64,000 nt of DNA. It comes from Candidatus Latescibacterota bacterium (GTDB lineage Bacteria; Latescibacterota; UBA2968; UBA8231). The notes beneath the pieces are model-generated. The model searched no databases, was not told where the DNA came from, and worked only from the letters and a program-made list of their open reading frames with translations. Shown here in pieces: positions 38,368-47,672 of this stretch (within the stretch, counting starts at the first letter, position 1; every line of letters starts with the position of its first letter). The position numbers were made by a program, and so were the translations under genes. Location: the NCBI GenBank assembly GCA_965217585.1, contig OZ244561.1, forward strand, positions 1,312,001 through 1,376,000, in the 5' to 3' direction.

Positions 38368-38769
38368 ATGGCGCGACGGCACAGCAGGAAATTCGCCCGG
38401 GTAGAATCATCCATGAACGCGACCCCACTGGCGGACGTATCCCTTTCCTTGCTGCTGGGTTTCTTGGTGATCACCCCGATTATTCTGCAAACCTTGGCGA
38501 CCAAACTGCCCCAAGCGGGCGGGGTCGCTTCGGGGCAAGTTCGCCAAGATCCGAGGGTCGTTCTCACGGCAGAGGGCGAAATCCTGATCAACGACCAAGA
38601 GGTGAGCGAGGAAGAATTGCCGGCTAGGCTGGAAGAACTCTTTCCGCCTGAAGCCGATGTGGAGCGTCGAGTCGTGTTTACGGGATCAGGGGAAGTCCCG
38701 TACCGAGATGTGATCGGCCTACTCGATCTGCTCAAGGAAAACGGCGTCGAAACCATCGGCATCCGTTGA
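38368..38769 (+). CDS. ExbD/TolR family protein
   Basis: NATPLADVSLSLLLGFLV TM segment; VPYRDVIGLLDLLKENGVETIG. Confidence 0.9.
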   Translation: MARRHSRKFARVESSMNATPLADVSLSLLLGFLVITPIILQTLATKLPQAGGVASGQVRQDPRVVLTAEGEILINDQEVSEEELPARLEELFPPEADVERRVVFTGSGEVPYRDVIGLLDLLKENGVETIGIR

Positions 38770-38771
38770 GC

Positions 38772-40826
38772 CTAGCTACCGCGCACGTAGTCAATCCGCA
38801 CCACGCGAGCGTCGTCGTTGTCGCCCCAGAAGCCACTGCCCCATTCCAACACGTACAGCGAGCCGTCGGGGCCAAACTGCATGGAGATGGGATGGATGAA
38901 TTCCATACTGTCCAAAAAGGGATTGATTTTGAGGATGTGCCCGTCCTCGTCCAGCTTGACCTCTTTAATCCAATTGCTGGCCCAGTCGTACATAAAGAGC
39001 GTGCCGTCGTAGTACGCCGGCAGCTTCTTGTTGCCCGCTGCGGCATCGTAGTAGTACACCGGACCGGCCAGCGCCGTGCGGCCACCGTCAGCGGTGATTG
39101 CCGGGAACGAGGACGAGGTGTCATACGGATACCAGACCCACGCCGCCTGCGCCGGGGGCAGCGCTTGCGACCCGGTATTGTTGGGCGACAGGTTTCTCGG
39201 TGCCCCGCAATCGAAGGGCATACCGGAACGTCCGGTGGTAAAATCGTAGGCCACGTAGGGCTGGTTGTCGCCAATACAGTAGGGCCAGCCAAAATTGCCC
39301 GCCGCCCGCGCCTCGTTCCACTCGTCCAAGCCAATCGGCCCCCGCTGCGGATCGGCTTGGCGGGCGTCGGGGCCGACATCGCCCCAGTAGAGCCAGCCGC
39401 GCTTGCGGTCAACCGACAGCCGGAAGGGGTTCCGCACGCCCATGACGTAAATCTCGGGCCGGCCTTCTTCGGCTGCGGCGAACAAATTGCCCGAGGGAAT
39501 GCTGTAGCTGCCGTCGGCCTGGGGTTTGATGCGCAGGATCTTGCCGCGCAGATCGGCGCTGTTGGCCGATGTGCGCTGGGCGTCCCAATCGCGCCGGCCC
39601 GGACGCTCGTCCAACGGACTGAACCCGTCCGAAGCAAAGGGGTTGGTATTATCGCCGACGCCGATATACAGGCTACCGTCCGGGCCAAATGCCAGCGCCC
39701 CTCCCGAGTGACAGCATTCGCGCCGTTGGGTGGGAATTTCCAGCAACACAACTTCGGAATCCAAGACCAGTTCATCGCCATCTAATTCAAAACGGGATAC
39801 ATGCTGCTTGGCTACTTCGCCGTGCGGCGAGTAAAACAGGTAGAGCCAATTATTGCGGACAAAATCTGGATCTAGGGCGATGCCCAGCAGGCCGTCTTCA
39901 AAGCCGGTCGATACCGCTAGCTGCCCGACCAGCCGGGTCAATCCTAGGTCGGGCCGATACACGTTCAGCCTCCCCTTGCGCTCGATGAAGAACACGCGCC
40001 CGTCGGGAGCCACCGCCAAGTCGATGGGATTTTCAGCCTCGTCATCGAGGACGACTTTTGCAAAATTGACATCCAACGTGGCTCCGCAATCGGCCGTGGT
40101 CACTCCTGTGGCGTACTCGATGCCGCCGAGGATATGCTGCATAAACAAGGGCTCGCCGTAGCTTTCGCGGGTGTGACCGCCGCCAGTGTACCAAGAGCGG
40201 CCGCCATCGTAGTCGTGGCACCAAGCAATGGGGTGGTCAAAACCGAGATTGCCGCCGTCGTAGCTGCTTTCGTCCAAGGTCGCCAAGACATGGACTCGCC
40301 CACGGGGATTGCGGCGGTAATTGTACCACTCGTCGCGCCGCTGCCAATGGGCGGACAAATGGTCCGTGGCCGGATGAACCCGGTCGGCCACTTGGACCTG
40401 GGCCTGTTGGATGGCCGGATGGCTATCGAAATAGGCCCCCACCAAGTCGCCGTACCAGGCCCAATCGTACTCGGTATCGGCCGCGGAGTGGATGCCGACA
40501 AAACCGCTGCCGCCGCGAATGTAGCGTTCGAAAGCCCGTTCTTGCTCAGCGGCCAGTACATCGCCAGTAGTATTGAGAAAGATTACCGCCCGGTAAGGAG
40601 CCAAACCCTCGTCAGTGAAACGCCCCGCGTCCTCGGTGGCCTCGACGGCAAAACCGTTTTCCCGCCCCAAGGCTTGGATGGCGGCAATGCCGTCGGCAAT
40701 GGAGTCGTGGCGGAAACCAGCGGTTTTGGTGAAGACTAGGACAGTTACATGCTGGTCGTCAAAGGGTCCCGCAAGGGCGCTAAAGGCGACGAGCAACAGC
40801 GCAAAAGGCCAACGTGTAGCTTTCAA
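38772..40826 (-). CDS. ThuA domain + PQQ-type glucose/sorbosone dehydrogenase family protein
   Basis: VLVFTKTAGFRHDSI, FLNTTGD, GRSWYTGGGH (ThuA); EDGLLGIALDPDF, CCHSGG, LRGKILRI, GVRNPFR (GSDH). Confidence 0.9.
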   Translation of the reverse strand: MKATRWPFALLLVAFSALAGPFDDQHVTVLVFTKTAGFRHDSIADGIAAIQALGRENGFAVEATEDAGRFTDEGLAPYRAVIFLNTTGDVLAAEQERAFERYIRGGSGFVGIHSAADTEYDWAWYGDLVGAYFDSHPAIQQAQVQVADRVHPATDHLSAHWQRRDEWYNYRRNPRGRVHVLATLDESSYDGGNLGFDHPIAWCHDYDGGRSWYTGGGHTRESYGEPLFMQHILGGIEYATGVTTADCGATLDVNFAKVVLDDEAENPIDLAVAPDGRVFFIERKGRLNVYRPDLGLTRLVGQLAVSTGFEDGLLGIALDPDFVRNNWLYLFYSPHGEVAKQHVSRFELDGDELVLDSEVVLLEIPTQRRECCHSGGALAFGPDGSLYIGVGDNTNPFASDGFSPLDERPGRRDWDAQRTSANSADLRGKILRIKPQADGSYSIPSGNLFAAAEEGRPEIYVMGVRNPFRLSVDRKRGWLYWGDVGPDARQADPQRGPIGLDEWNEARAAGNFGWPYCIGDNQPYVAYDFTTGRSGMPFDCGAPRNLSPNNTGSQALPPAQAAWVWYPYDTSSSFPAITADGGRTALAGPVYYYDAAAGNKKLPAYYDGTLFMYDWASNWIKEVKLDEDGHILKINPFLDSMEFIHPISMQFGPDGSLYVLEWGSGFWGDNDDARVVRIDYVRGS

Positions 40827-42799
40827 AACATCCGAATCCTATTCCCGGTCATCCCCGTAAACCCATCGACGACCATCCAGAACCCTCCGGCGACGAACTG
40901 CCCCAGCACCATGCCGAGGAAAAACCACCGCGTCGCCTTGTACCCATTCGGCCCAGTGTACTTCAGCACGAGTGCCTTGACCAGCCACGCAAGGAAGATG
41001 CTGAACCAAACGCTATTGAGGATCCAAGTGCCGCTGGCCAGATAGCCCAGTGGATGGAAGGGCCACCACAAAAGATGGTGCCGCGCCCAGATCAACAGCG
41101 CCATAATCGCCGCGCCGACTCCGTTCCACAGCCAGCCATCCCAATTGGGGCCAGTCGGATTGAGCGCGAAGTTTTGCGCGACGCGAAACGGCTCCTTGGC
41201 AAACCACGCCCACGAGCCGTGGTAGTTATTCGCGCCGTAGTGGTAGCTCAGCACGAGAATCGTGCAAACCCCGCCCATCAGGCCAATGGCCATGGCCAGC
41301 CCGATCATCGCGAGGATGCGGTGCTTGTAGCGGCTCAGACCGTGCAACATGCGAATGCCATTGGCGCAGGGGGCCATCATAAAGACCAGCAGATCGCCGG
41401 CCCAAGCGAGGGTCATGCCCGTGGCCAGCACCCCAGCCACCCCGAGGGACGAGGAGCCAACGCTGGAAATGAGAAAGCCGCAGCCCGACATGCCCTGGAC
41501 GGCCGCGGCCAAACCAGCTTCGACGATCATCCGCGTCAGAGCCAAAAAGATGACAAACGCCCCGAACAGATAGACGAAAACCGCCCACAGCGGCAGGCCG
41601 GAGCGCCACAGCCACAGCGACATAACCGCCAAGCCCAGCGCAACCCCGAGGACCGCCGTGCGATAGGACAGCAACTCCTCGCCATCGGACCGCCCCTCCC
41701 GCCGCCAAAGGTGCTGCACCACGTGCCATATATGGACGCGCGCCGTCCACAGCCCCAAAATCACCATGACGATCATCGCGCCCATGGTCTGATGGCTCAG
41801 CAGGCCCATGGTCGGCCCATCAAAGGTGTGGCTGAAGATGTCGAGGTTTTCAGTACTCAAGATGCCGATGCGAGTGAAGATCACCTCCTCGGCTTTGACC
41901 AATAAATAGAAGAACCACAGACTGAAGGTGATATTGGCGTTGACCAGATAGGCCAGTCCCATCCACATGCAGTCGAAGCGCAGGTAAAACCGCACGGCGT
42001 CGTGGGCCAGCGGCAGTGAGTACGCAAAGTTGATGCGGCCGATAAACTCGTAGTAGTGGCTCAAGGCATTAACCCCGTGCAAGACAAACGGCACGGCCAG
42101 CCCCAGCCACATTGAGGGATTCTTCAGGAAGGGTTTGATTCGCGCAGGTGTCGCTTCGTCCTCGACCATGCCCAGCGGCACCTGCGTCAGCGGGTAGAGC
42201 AGTCGCTCGTGGTCCATCCACTGCCGCCGCAAGATGACCATCGAGCATACGACGACCACGTAGAACGCAGCCATAAACAGCAGCCACCACAAAAGCGGCT
42301 CCACCCAAACGCCCCAAGGGATCGCCGCACCTTCCGGCAGGCCCTCGTAAAAACCTTGAATGGCCTGGGCATCGTAGGGAATGAGCCAAGTGGGGACATG
42401 CGGGAGGAGCAACTCCTCCCAGTTGTTCTCCGGGCTGGCAAAGTAGAAGATGCCGGTCAGAATCGGCACGGCAATGCTGATAAACCCTCGCGCGGCAATG
42501 GCGGTAGTAATCATCATCATCACCGCAATGCTCAACAATTCGGCGCGGCTGAAAAGCCAGTCCTGCCGCACCAGGCCGAGCAGCGGCTGCACGAAGGCCA
42601 CGAGCAAAAAGAGCAAGAAAAAGGCGGCTGGCGTCGAGGAATTCAGCCCGAGTTGGGTGCCGTTGAGGACGAATTCCCCGTACGGCAGGCCCACGGCAAT
42701 CGCGCCGCACAGCACGGCCCCCACGAGCATGGCGCGCACGCTGATTCCGGCGCGGTCCGCGGATTTTCTTGAAGCGTCCATAGAGGGCTGCTCGCTCAA
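40823..42799 (-). CDS. Multi-pass membrane protein, DUF6785/DUF6784-like putative transporter
   Basis: Many TM segments with LRRQWMDHERLLYPL and WWPFHPLGY motifs. Confidence 0.75.
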   Translation of the reverse strand: MSEQPSMDASRKSADRAGISVRAMLVGAVLCGAIAVGLPYGEFVLNGTQLGLNSSTPAAFFLLFLLVAFVQPLLGLVRQDWLFSRAELLSIAVMMMITTAIAARGFISIAVPILTGIFYFASPENNWEELLLPHVPTWLIPYDAQAIQGFYEGLPEGAAIPWGVWVEPLLWWLLFMAAFYVVVVCSMVILRRQWMDHERLLYPLTQVPLGMVEDEATPARIKPFLKNPSMWLGLAVPFVLHGVNALSHYYEFIGRINFAYSLPLAHDAVRFYLRFDCMWMGLAYLVNANITFSLWFFYLLVKAEEVIFTRIGILSTENLDIFSHTFDGPTMGLLSHQTMGAMIVMVILGLWTARVHIWHVVQHLWRREGRSDGEELLSYRTAVLGVALGLAVMSLWLWRSGLPLWAVFVYLFGAFVIFLALTRMIVEAGLAAAVQGMSGCGFLISSVGSSSLGVAGVLATGMTLAWAGDLLVFMMAPCANGIRMLHGLSRYKHRILAMIGLAMAIGLMGGVCTILVLSYHYGANNYHGSWAWFAKEPFRVAQNFALNPTGPNWDGWLWNGVGAAIMALLIWARHHLLWWPFHPLGYLASGTWILNSVWFSIFLAWLVKALVLKYTGPNGYKATRWFFLGMVLGQFVAGGFWMVVDGFTGMTGNRIRMF

Positions 42800-43764
42800 C
42801 TTAGCGCGACTCGCCGCCCCTCCGCCGCAGCCACCTCTGCGCCCAGCCCAATGCGGATGGCTTCAAGGGCCGTATCCAAGTCGGCGCGCCAGCCGTGCCC
42901 ACCGCGCACTTCCTCTAGAAATAGGCTCTCCAGCGAGTACTCGTCGTCGCCGGGCGGAGGCAGCGGCTCTGCGCCAGCCGCCGTCGAGCGGCACCAACCG
43001 CCGGCTTCGTACACCAGCGTCCCCCCCTCTAGAACCAAGTGCTCGTACTGCTCGGCGCGGCTAATGGCAATACCTCCAGCCCAAGTCCACTGCGCCGTGC
43101 CGCCCCCGGCAAAACCCACCACCGCGCGGCTGACAAAGCGCTCGTACGCGCCGTCGGCATTCAGGCCGTTGTAGTGGGCATAGCCCTCGACCCAAGCAGC
43201 CGGGCCGAACAAATCGACCAGCGGATAGACATGATAGACGAAAAACAAAGTCGGTGGCCCAGAAACGTGCAGGTTGAACAGCACCTCGGGGCGCACCCCT
43301 CGTCCCGGGGTCAAGCGCGTAAACAAGGCGACCAATAAGTTGCCGAGGGAATCCACCGCCTCTTTGAGCTGCCGATGCTCGGCCGATACCACTTCAGGAT
43401 GGGCTACGCGCAGCACCTTGCCGGTCGCCCGCGCCAAGTCCACCAAGGCTTCCCCTTCGTCGAGGCGGCGCGCCAAGGGGTATTCCAAGAAGACGTGTTT
43501 GCCCGCTTTTAGGGCAGCTGCGGCAATGGGGGCGTGGCTGTCGTTGTTGGTGCAGATTGCCACCGCGTCTATATCGGCTCTCTCGATCAGGGCCTGCCAA
43601 TGGCCCAGCAACTCCACCTCGTGCCGCTGGGCCAGTTCGGCCGCGGTGCGCACGTTGCGGGAGGCTAGGGCTGCTAGCTTACAGCCCTCCATGGCCGCAA
43701 AAGCGGCAGCCCGGCTTCGGGCCATGCCACCCGATCCGACTAAACCCAAGCGAATAGCTTCCAT
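42796..43764 (-). CDS. Gfo/Idh/MocA family oxidoreductase
   Basis: IRLGLVGSGGMA Rossmann motif; AGKHVFLEYP. Confidence 0.9.
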   Translation of the reverse strand: MEAIRLGLVGSGGMARSRAAAFAAMEGCKLAALASRNVRTAAELAQRHEVELLGHWQALIERADIDAVAICTNNDSHAPIAAAALKAGKHVFLEYPLARRLDEGEALVDLARATGKVLRVAHPEVVSAEHRQLKEAVDSLGNLLVALFTRLTPGRGVRPEVLFNLHVSGPPTLFFVYHVYPLVDLFGPAAWVEGYAHYNGLNADGAYERFVSRAVVGFAGGGTAQWTWAGGIAISRAEQYEHLVLEGGTLVYEAGGWCRSTAAGAEPLPPPGDDEYSLESLFLEEVRGGHGWRADLDTALEAIRIGLGAEVAAAEGRRVALS

Positions 43765-44052
43765 TTGCCAAATTCCCTTGCCAAATTCTCGGATTCTAAC
43801 TGTGAGTTAAGTATGTCTCTTGGCCATCACCGTGTCCACTTTGGCCCCCAAATTGCGATTAATCGTCAAAACAGGCAGCCACACGTGCGCGTCTCTTCCC
43901 TCGACGACGCCTAATCGCCGAGTTGGAAATGTCGAGCTACAAATCGATCCTAAAGACGCGGTCGTCCAGAAGTACGTTCACGTCGTATATTAGCTCAGGG
44001 TCTATGTAGCACTAAAAGCGATACATCGGAAGTATCAAACGAAAGGAAAAAC

Positions 44053-44268
44053 GTGAAGATCAACTACTTTGAAGATACGGACACCGCTTTTATCGAATTC
44101 ACTTCAGAACGTGTCGCTGAGACTCGGGAATTGTGCGAGAACATCCATATAGACCTCGACAAGCATGGGAACCTCGTCTCCATGAAGGTTGAGCACGCCA
44201 AGAAGAGTGCCAACATCCTAGAATTGACCTTCGAGCGTCAAGAAAAAAGTCCTGATCAATCGGTCTAA
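44053..44268 (+). CDS. DUF2283 domain protein (antitoxin-like)
   Basis: MKINYFEDTDTAFIEF...IDLDKHGNLVSMKVEHA; RBS GAAAGGA. Confidence 0.85.
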   Translation: MKINYFEDTDTAFIEFTSERVAETRELCENIHIDLDKHGNLVSMKVEHAKKSANILELTFERQEKSPDQSV

Positions 44269-44286
44269 AGCCAGCATTCACAAACC

Positions 44287-44423
44287 CTACAACGCCCCCC
44301 GATGCTCCCTGCGAATGGCCTCGCACAAGCGCATGGTATGCACGGCATCATCCAAGTTCGACCACGGAGTGCGGTCCTCCAGAATACAATCGACAAAGTG
44401 GACTACCTCGTTGAAACCGGCCC
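44287..44423 (-). repeat. 137-bp direct-repeat copy of the 3' end of the Gfo/Idh/MocA gene (49306..49442)
   Basis: Hand alignment gives 7 mismatches in 137 bp; both copies include the TAG stop. Confidence 0.92.
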
Positions 44424-44834
44424 GTATCCACTTTAGCCCCAATCTTGTCGACGCCACGCAATCGAAAAATCAGCATGCGTCGGGTTGAGCCCGCAAGAAT
44501 CAAAATCGCCCTTCCTGTATAAAGCCGCTATATAGATCGCGCATTCTTTGAATGCCTCGCCTTCTTGGGTAGTCCGAGGGAACCCGACCCAACAGAGTTC
44601 GCGCCACTAGGTTGCCCCAGCATCCAGAAGCACGGTGATGACAAGAGCTATGGTCGTGCTGCACTGAAATGTCCAATTTTTATCATTCATAAATTAGACT
44701 AAAATCTATTATATCCTAATTTATGCTATATTTTGTATGGATACATGAAAATTAGTTCTTGACAAACCGTTGAATATAAGCGTATTTTGAAGCCCTAATG
44801 ACTGGCACCCATGCAAACTTCAAGGAGCTTAGCC

Positions 44835-46118
44835 ATGCAAATTGATCCTGTTCGCCTCCGCACCCTACGCAAAGAGAGAAGCGGGTCCCGCCTCCAGCTT
44901 GCAAAACAATCTGGAATCAACGCGAGGACGATCCAACGCTTAGAAAAAGAACCGCAGCCATCCCGAAAGAGCACCCTGACTAGCTTAGCCAAGGCACTCG
45001 GCGTCGAACCGGGTGTGCTCACCGGCGAGTTGCCGCTTCCCGAGTTCGATAAGGTACCCGCCTCCGCCTCCAAGCAGGTCCAAATCAGTGCACAGATCAC
45101 GTCGAAGGCCCGGCTCGAATACGACCTCATCAAACACCTATATGGCGTCAGTGCCACAGAGCTCATCAATATGGCACCACTCTTCTTCGCACTTTTGGCC
45201 GAGGGAAGTCTTGCTTGGCGACGCGAGAGATTGAAAGAGCCGAAAGACGCGATTGATCGTTTGAGGCAAGCTAGCTGGAATGTGAGTTGCATTTCTGGCG
45301 CGTATGTCGCGAACGGAGGGGTCGCGGCAGAAGAAAATTCTATCTCCAAGACTGATCTATTCGGTGAACATCTGCTCAGTGATATCGATGACAAATTTTT
45401 ATTAGATGAATATGACGTCATTTACCTTTCCATATACAATCCGTTCGCCAGCTATTTGTGGAAATTGGAAAAGGAACTGGCCATCCCTGGCGTCATTGAT
45501 GTGGACAGTTACTCGATCAATGGGTATCCTGGCCTCGAACCGCCGTTAAAATTCCCCACCTACAACATCTGCCGCGACGAATTCGACGGCATAGCCAACG
45601 GTTCTAACTACGCCAAGATGGCTCTTAAAACCGGCCATGTGCGGATCTCCGAGATTCCCGAAGAACTAATGGCGGAAGATGCCGGTGAGGAGCGCGCGAA
45701 GTGGCTCGAAAAAAGAATGCCGGGTGTCATCAAGGATACGAACGAGGAGATAGAGGGCATACTTAGAGAATTTAACGTCAAGGATGACGATTATGCTCTT
45801 ATAATGAGGGAAGTAACTCAGTCTGGTAGCCTCGACGAATTAAAGCAGCTAGCATCCGGTCTTAGAAGCATCGAAGTGTCCGACGGTCTCTCAAAGGAGC
45901 GCAGAGAGGAGCTGGCAGAGAAGCTGATTACCCTAGGGACGTATCGAGAGGTGCTGGTCCGCAACGGCATTTTGGACCCGGAAGGCGACTTAAGGAAGCG
46001 CATAGAAGAGCATGACATAACCGACGAGGAATTGGATAGGCTGCTCGCAGATGAACCAGAAGAGGCGGACTCTCAAGAGACCAATTCCGACATTGAAGAA
46101 GGAGACGACGACCAATGA
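44835..46118 (+). CDS. XRE-family HTH protein with long acidic C-terminal region
   Basis: LRTLRKERSGSRLQLAKQSGINARTIQRLEK HTH; RBS AAGGAG before ATG 44835; TTGACA at 44759. Confidence 0.85.
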   Translation: MQIDPVRLRTLRKERSGSRLQLAKQSGINARTIQRLEKEPQPSRKSTLTSLAKALGVEPGVLTGELPLPEFDKVPASASKQVQISAQITSKARLEYDLIKHLYGVSATELINMAPLFFALLAEGSLAWRRERLKEPKDAIDRLRQASWNVSCISGAYVANGGVAAEENSISKTDLFGEHLLSDIDDKFLLDEYDVIYLSIYNPFASYLWKLEKELAIPGVIDVDSYSINGYPGLEPPLKFPTYNICRDEFDGIANGSNYAKMALKTGHVRISEIPEELMAEDAGEERAKWLEKRMPGVIKDTNEEIEGILREFNVKDDDYALIMREVTQSGSLDELKQLASGLRSIEVSDGLSKERREELAEKLITLGTYREVLVRNGILDPEGDLRKRIEEHDITDEELDRLLADEPEEADSQETNSDIEEGDDDQ

Positions 46119-46417
46119 ACAACGTCAGCTATACCCACCACGCTGAGACGCGTATGCAGCAGCGAGGCATTCGCGAAAAGGACATTCCACTCATTATCGC
46201 GCTGGGAACGCAGATTGACAACGAGACTTGGTTTATGCGCAATCGGGATGTTACCCGTGAGATCGAGAACCTCAAGAAGGAGATACACCGATTGGAACGC
46301 CTTGCGAACCGCAAGGTTGTGGTACGCAGCGGGCAGGTCATCACGGCCTATCTCTCACGACCAGCGGATCAGAAACGTACACTACGCCGCGGACGGCAGA
46401 AGGGGGTGGCAAAATGA
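46115..46417 (+). CDS. DUF4258-like small basic protein (putative toxin)
   Basis: YTHHAETRMQQRGI...VITAY motifs; ATGA overlap with the HTH gene. Confidence 0.75.
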   Translation: MNNVSYTHHAETRMQQRGIREKDIPLIIALGTQIDNETWFMRNRDVTREIENLKKEIHRLERLANRKVVVRSGQVITAYLSRPADQKRTLRRGRQKGVAK

Positions 46418-46470
46418 GCACGCCAATACTTATTTCCTTATCTCAATCGAAGCATAAAGGAGGAATATAG

Positions 46471-47097
46471 ATGGTTGAAAAATTAACTACCGGCACAGTG
46501 AAGCGGATGCTTGAGTGGTCCTACGATCAGGCTCTCTCAAGTCATGGACCCATCGATGGGGCGGTAGATCTAGCCGAGAGCTATAAAGGCCAGTATGGGG
46601 CCTTGAGAGAAGACGCGAATGCCCTAATTCGATGGCAAAACGTCAAAGCAGGAACTTCGGGTTTTATCGCGGGGGTTCCGGGCCTCACGGCGATGCCAAT
46701 TTCGCTCCCTGCGAATTTGACTAGCGTACTGTTCATCCAAATTCGCATGATTGCAGCCATAGCTCACTTAGGGGGCTATGACCTTAGAGATGACCGCGTA
46801 AAGGCGCTCTGTTTCGTTTGTCTTTGTGGTAATGGAGCGAGGACTATACTGAAAAACGTGGGAATAGAGATGGGCAGAAAGATGGCTACCGCGGCTCTCA
46901 AGCGGTTGCCTGGAAGGATTTTTATTGAAATCAACAAGAAAGTCGGCACCAGACTTCTGACCAAATTTGGAGAGAAGGGCATTATCAACGTAGGCAGGGC
47001 GATCCCGTTCATGGGAGGCTTCATTGGCGGCACGGTGGATTTGGCATGGACTAATGTCGTTGGCAACCAAGCCAGAGACACCTTCACTCCTGATTGA
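46471..47097 (+). CDS. EcsC family protein
   Basis: AGTSGFIAGVPG..AMPISLPANL...QIRMIAAIAHLGGYD...IPFMGGFIGG; strong RBS AAGGAGG. Confidence 0.85.
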   Translation: MVEKLTTGTVKRMLEWSYDQALSSHGPIDGAVDLAESYKGQYGALREDANALIRWQNVKAGTSGFIAGVPGLTAMPISLPANLTSVLFIQIRMIAAIAHLGGYDLRDDRVKALCFVCLCGNGARTILKNVGIEMGRKMATAALKRLPGRIFIEINKKVGTRLLTKFGEKGIINVGRAIPFMGGFIGGTVDLAWTNVVGNQARDTFTPD

Positions 47098-47497
47098 TGA
47101 ATACTCTACCAAGGATTGATCTTATGAATTAGATCGAGCTTGCTCACTTTGGCTCCTTTCTGGCCACCGGCTTGACATGTAGGGCGCTCTAAGCTACAGG
47201 CCGCATACATGGCCATAAAACAGTGGTTGTGTTGGCTACGCTCGCATTTTTTGGACTTCCGGGTCGGCATAGTCCCTAAAGGGTCTCATCCATGTGTTGC
47301 GCCCGATACAGTCGAACCCCGCACATCCCCGTCCTCCCCGCTGTGCTGCCGCCTTGGCATGGATATTGCAATTACGAATGGCCCCAACCGTCCCCTCCGG
47401 TTCGGACGGCTTGGCACGCTCTAATTCCTAATTCTCAATTCCTAACTGACGTTACGCAGACTTATGTAGTGTCTGCCGCCTTGTTGCCCTGCCTGTC

Positions 47498-47579
47498 GTC
47501 ATTCCCGCGAAAGCGGGAATCCAGCCCAGCGCCCTAGCCTCAAACGGCCTTTCTGGATGCCTGCTTTCGCAGGCATGAC
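47498..47579. repeat. Inverted pair of REP-like (CGTC/RPE-4/dRS3-type) palindromes
   Basis: GTCATTCCCGCGAAAGCGGGAATCCAG (47498..47524) and inverted CTGGATGCCTGCTTTCGCAGGCATGAC (47553..47579). Confidence 0.85.
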
Positions 47580-47672
47580 ACCGGGACCGCACAGGCACCA
47601 AGCGGGCGGAAGAGGCTGCCCTAAGAAGACAGAGGCTGCGTAACATCAGTTCCTAATTCCCGATGGATCGCC

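Noticed and set aside
38732-39785. Two ~340-aa ORFs overlapping the ThuA/GSDH gene
   Set aside because: Off-frame or antisense to a gene with clear family motifs.
47421-47447. CTAATTC-like heptamer run
   Set aside because: Short and degenerate; no function can be supported from the sequence.
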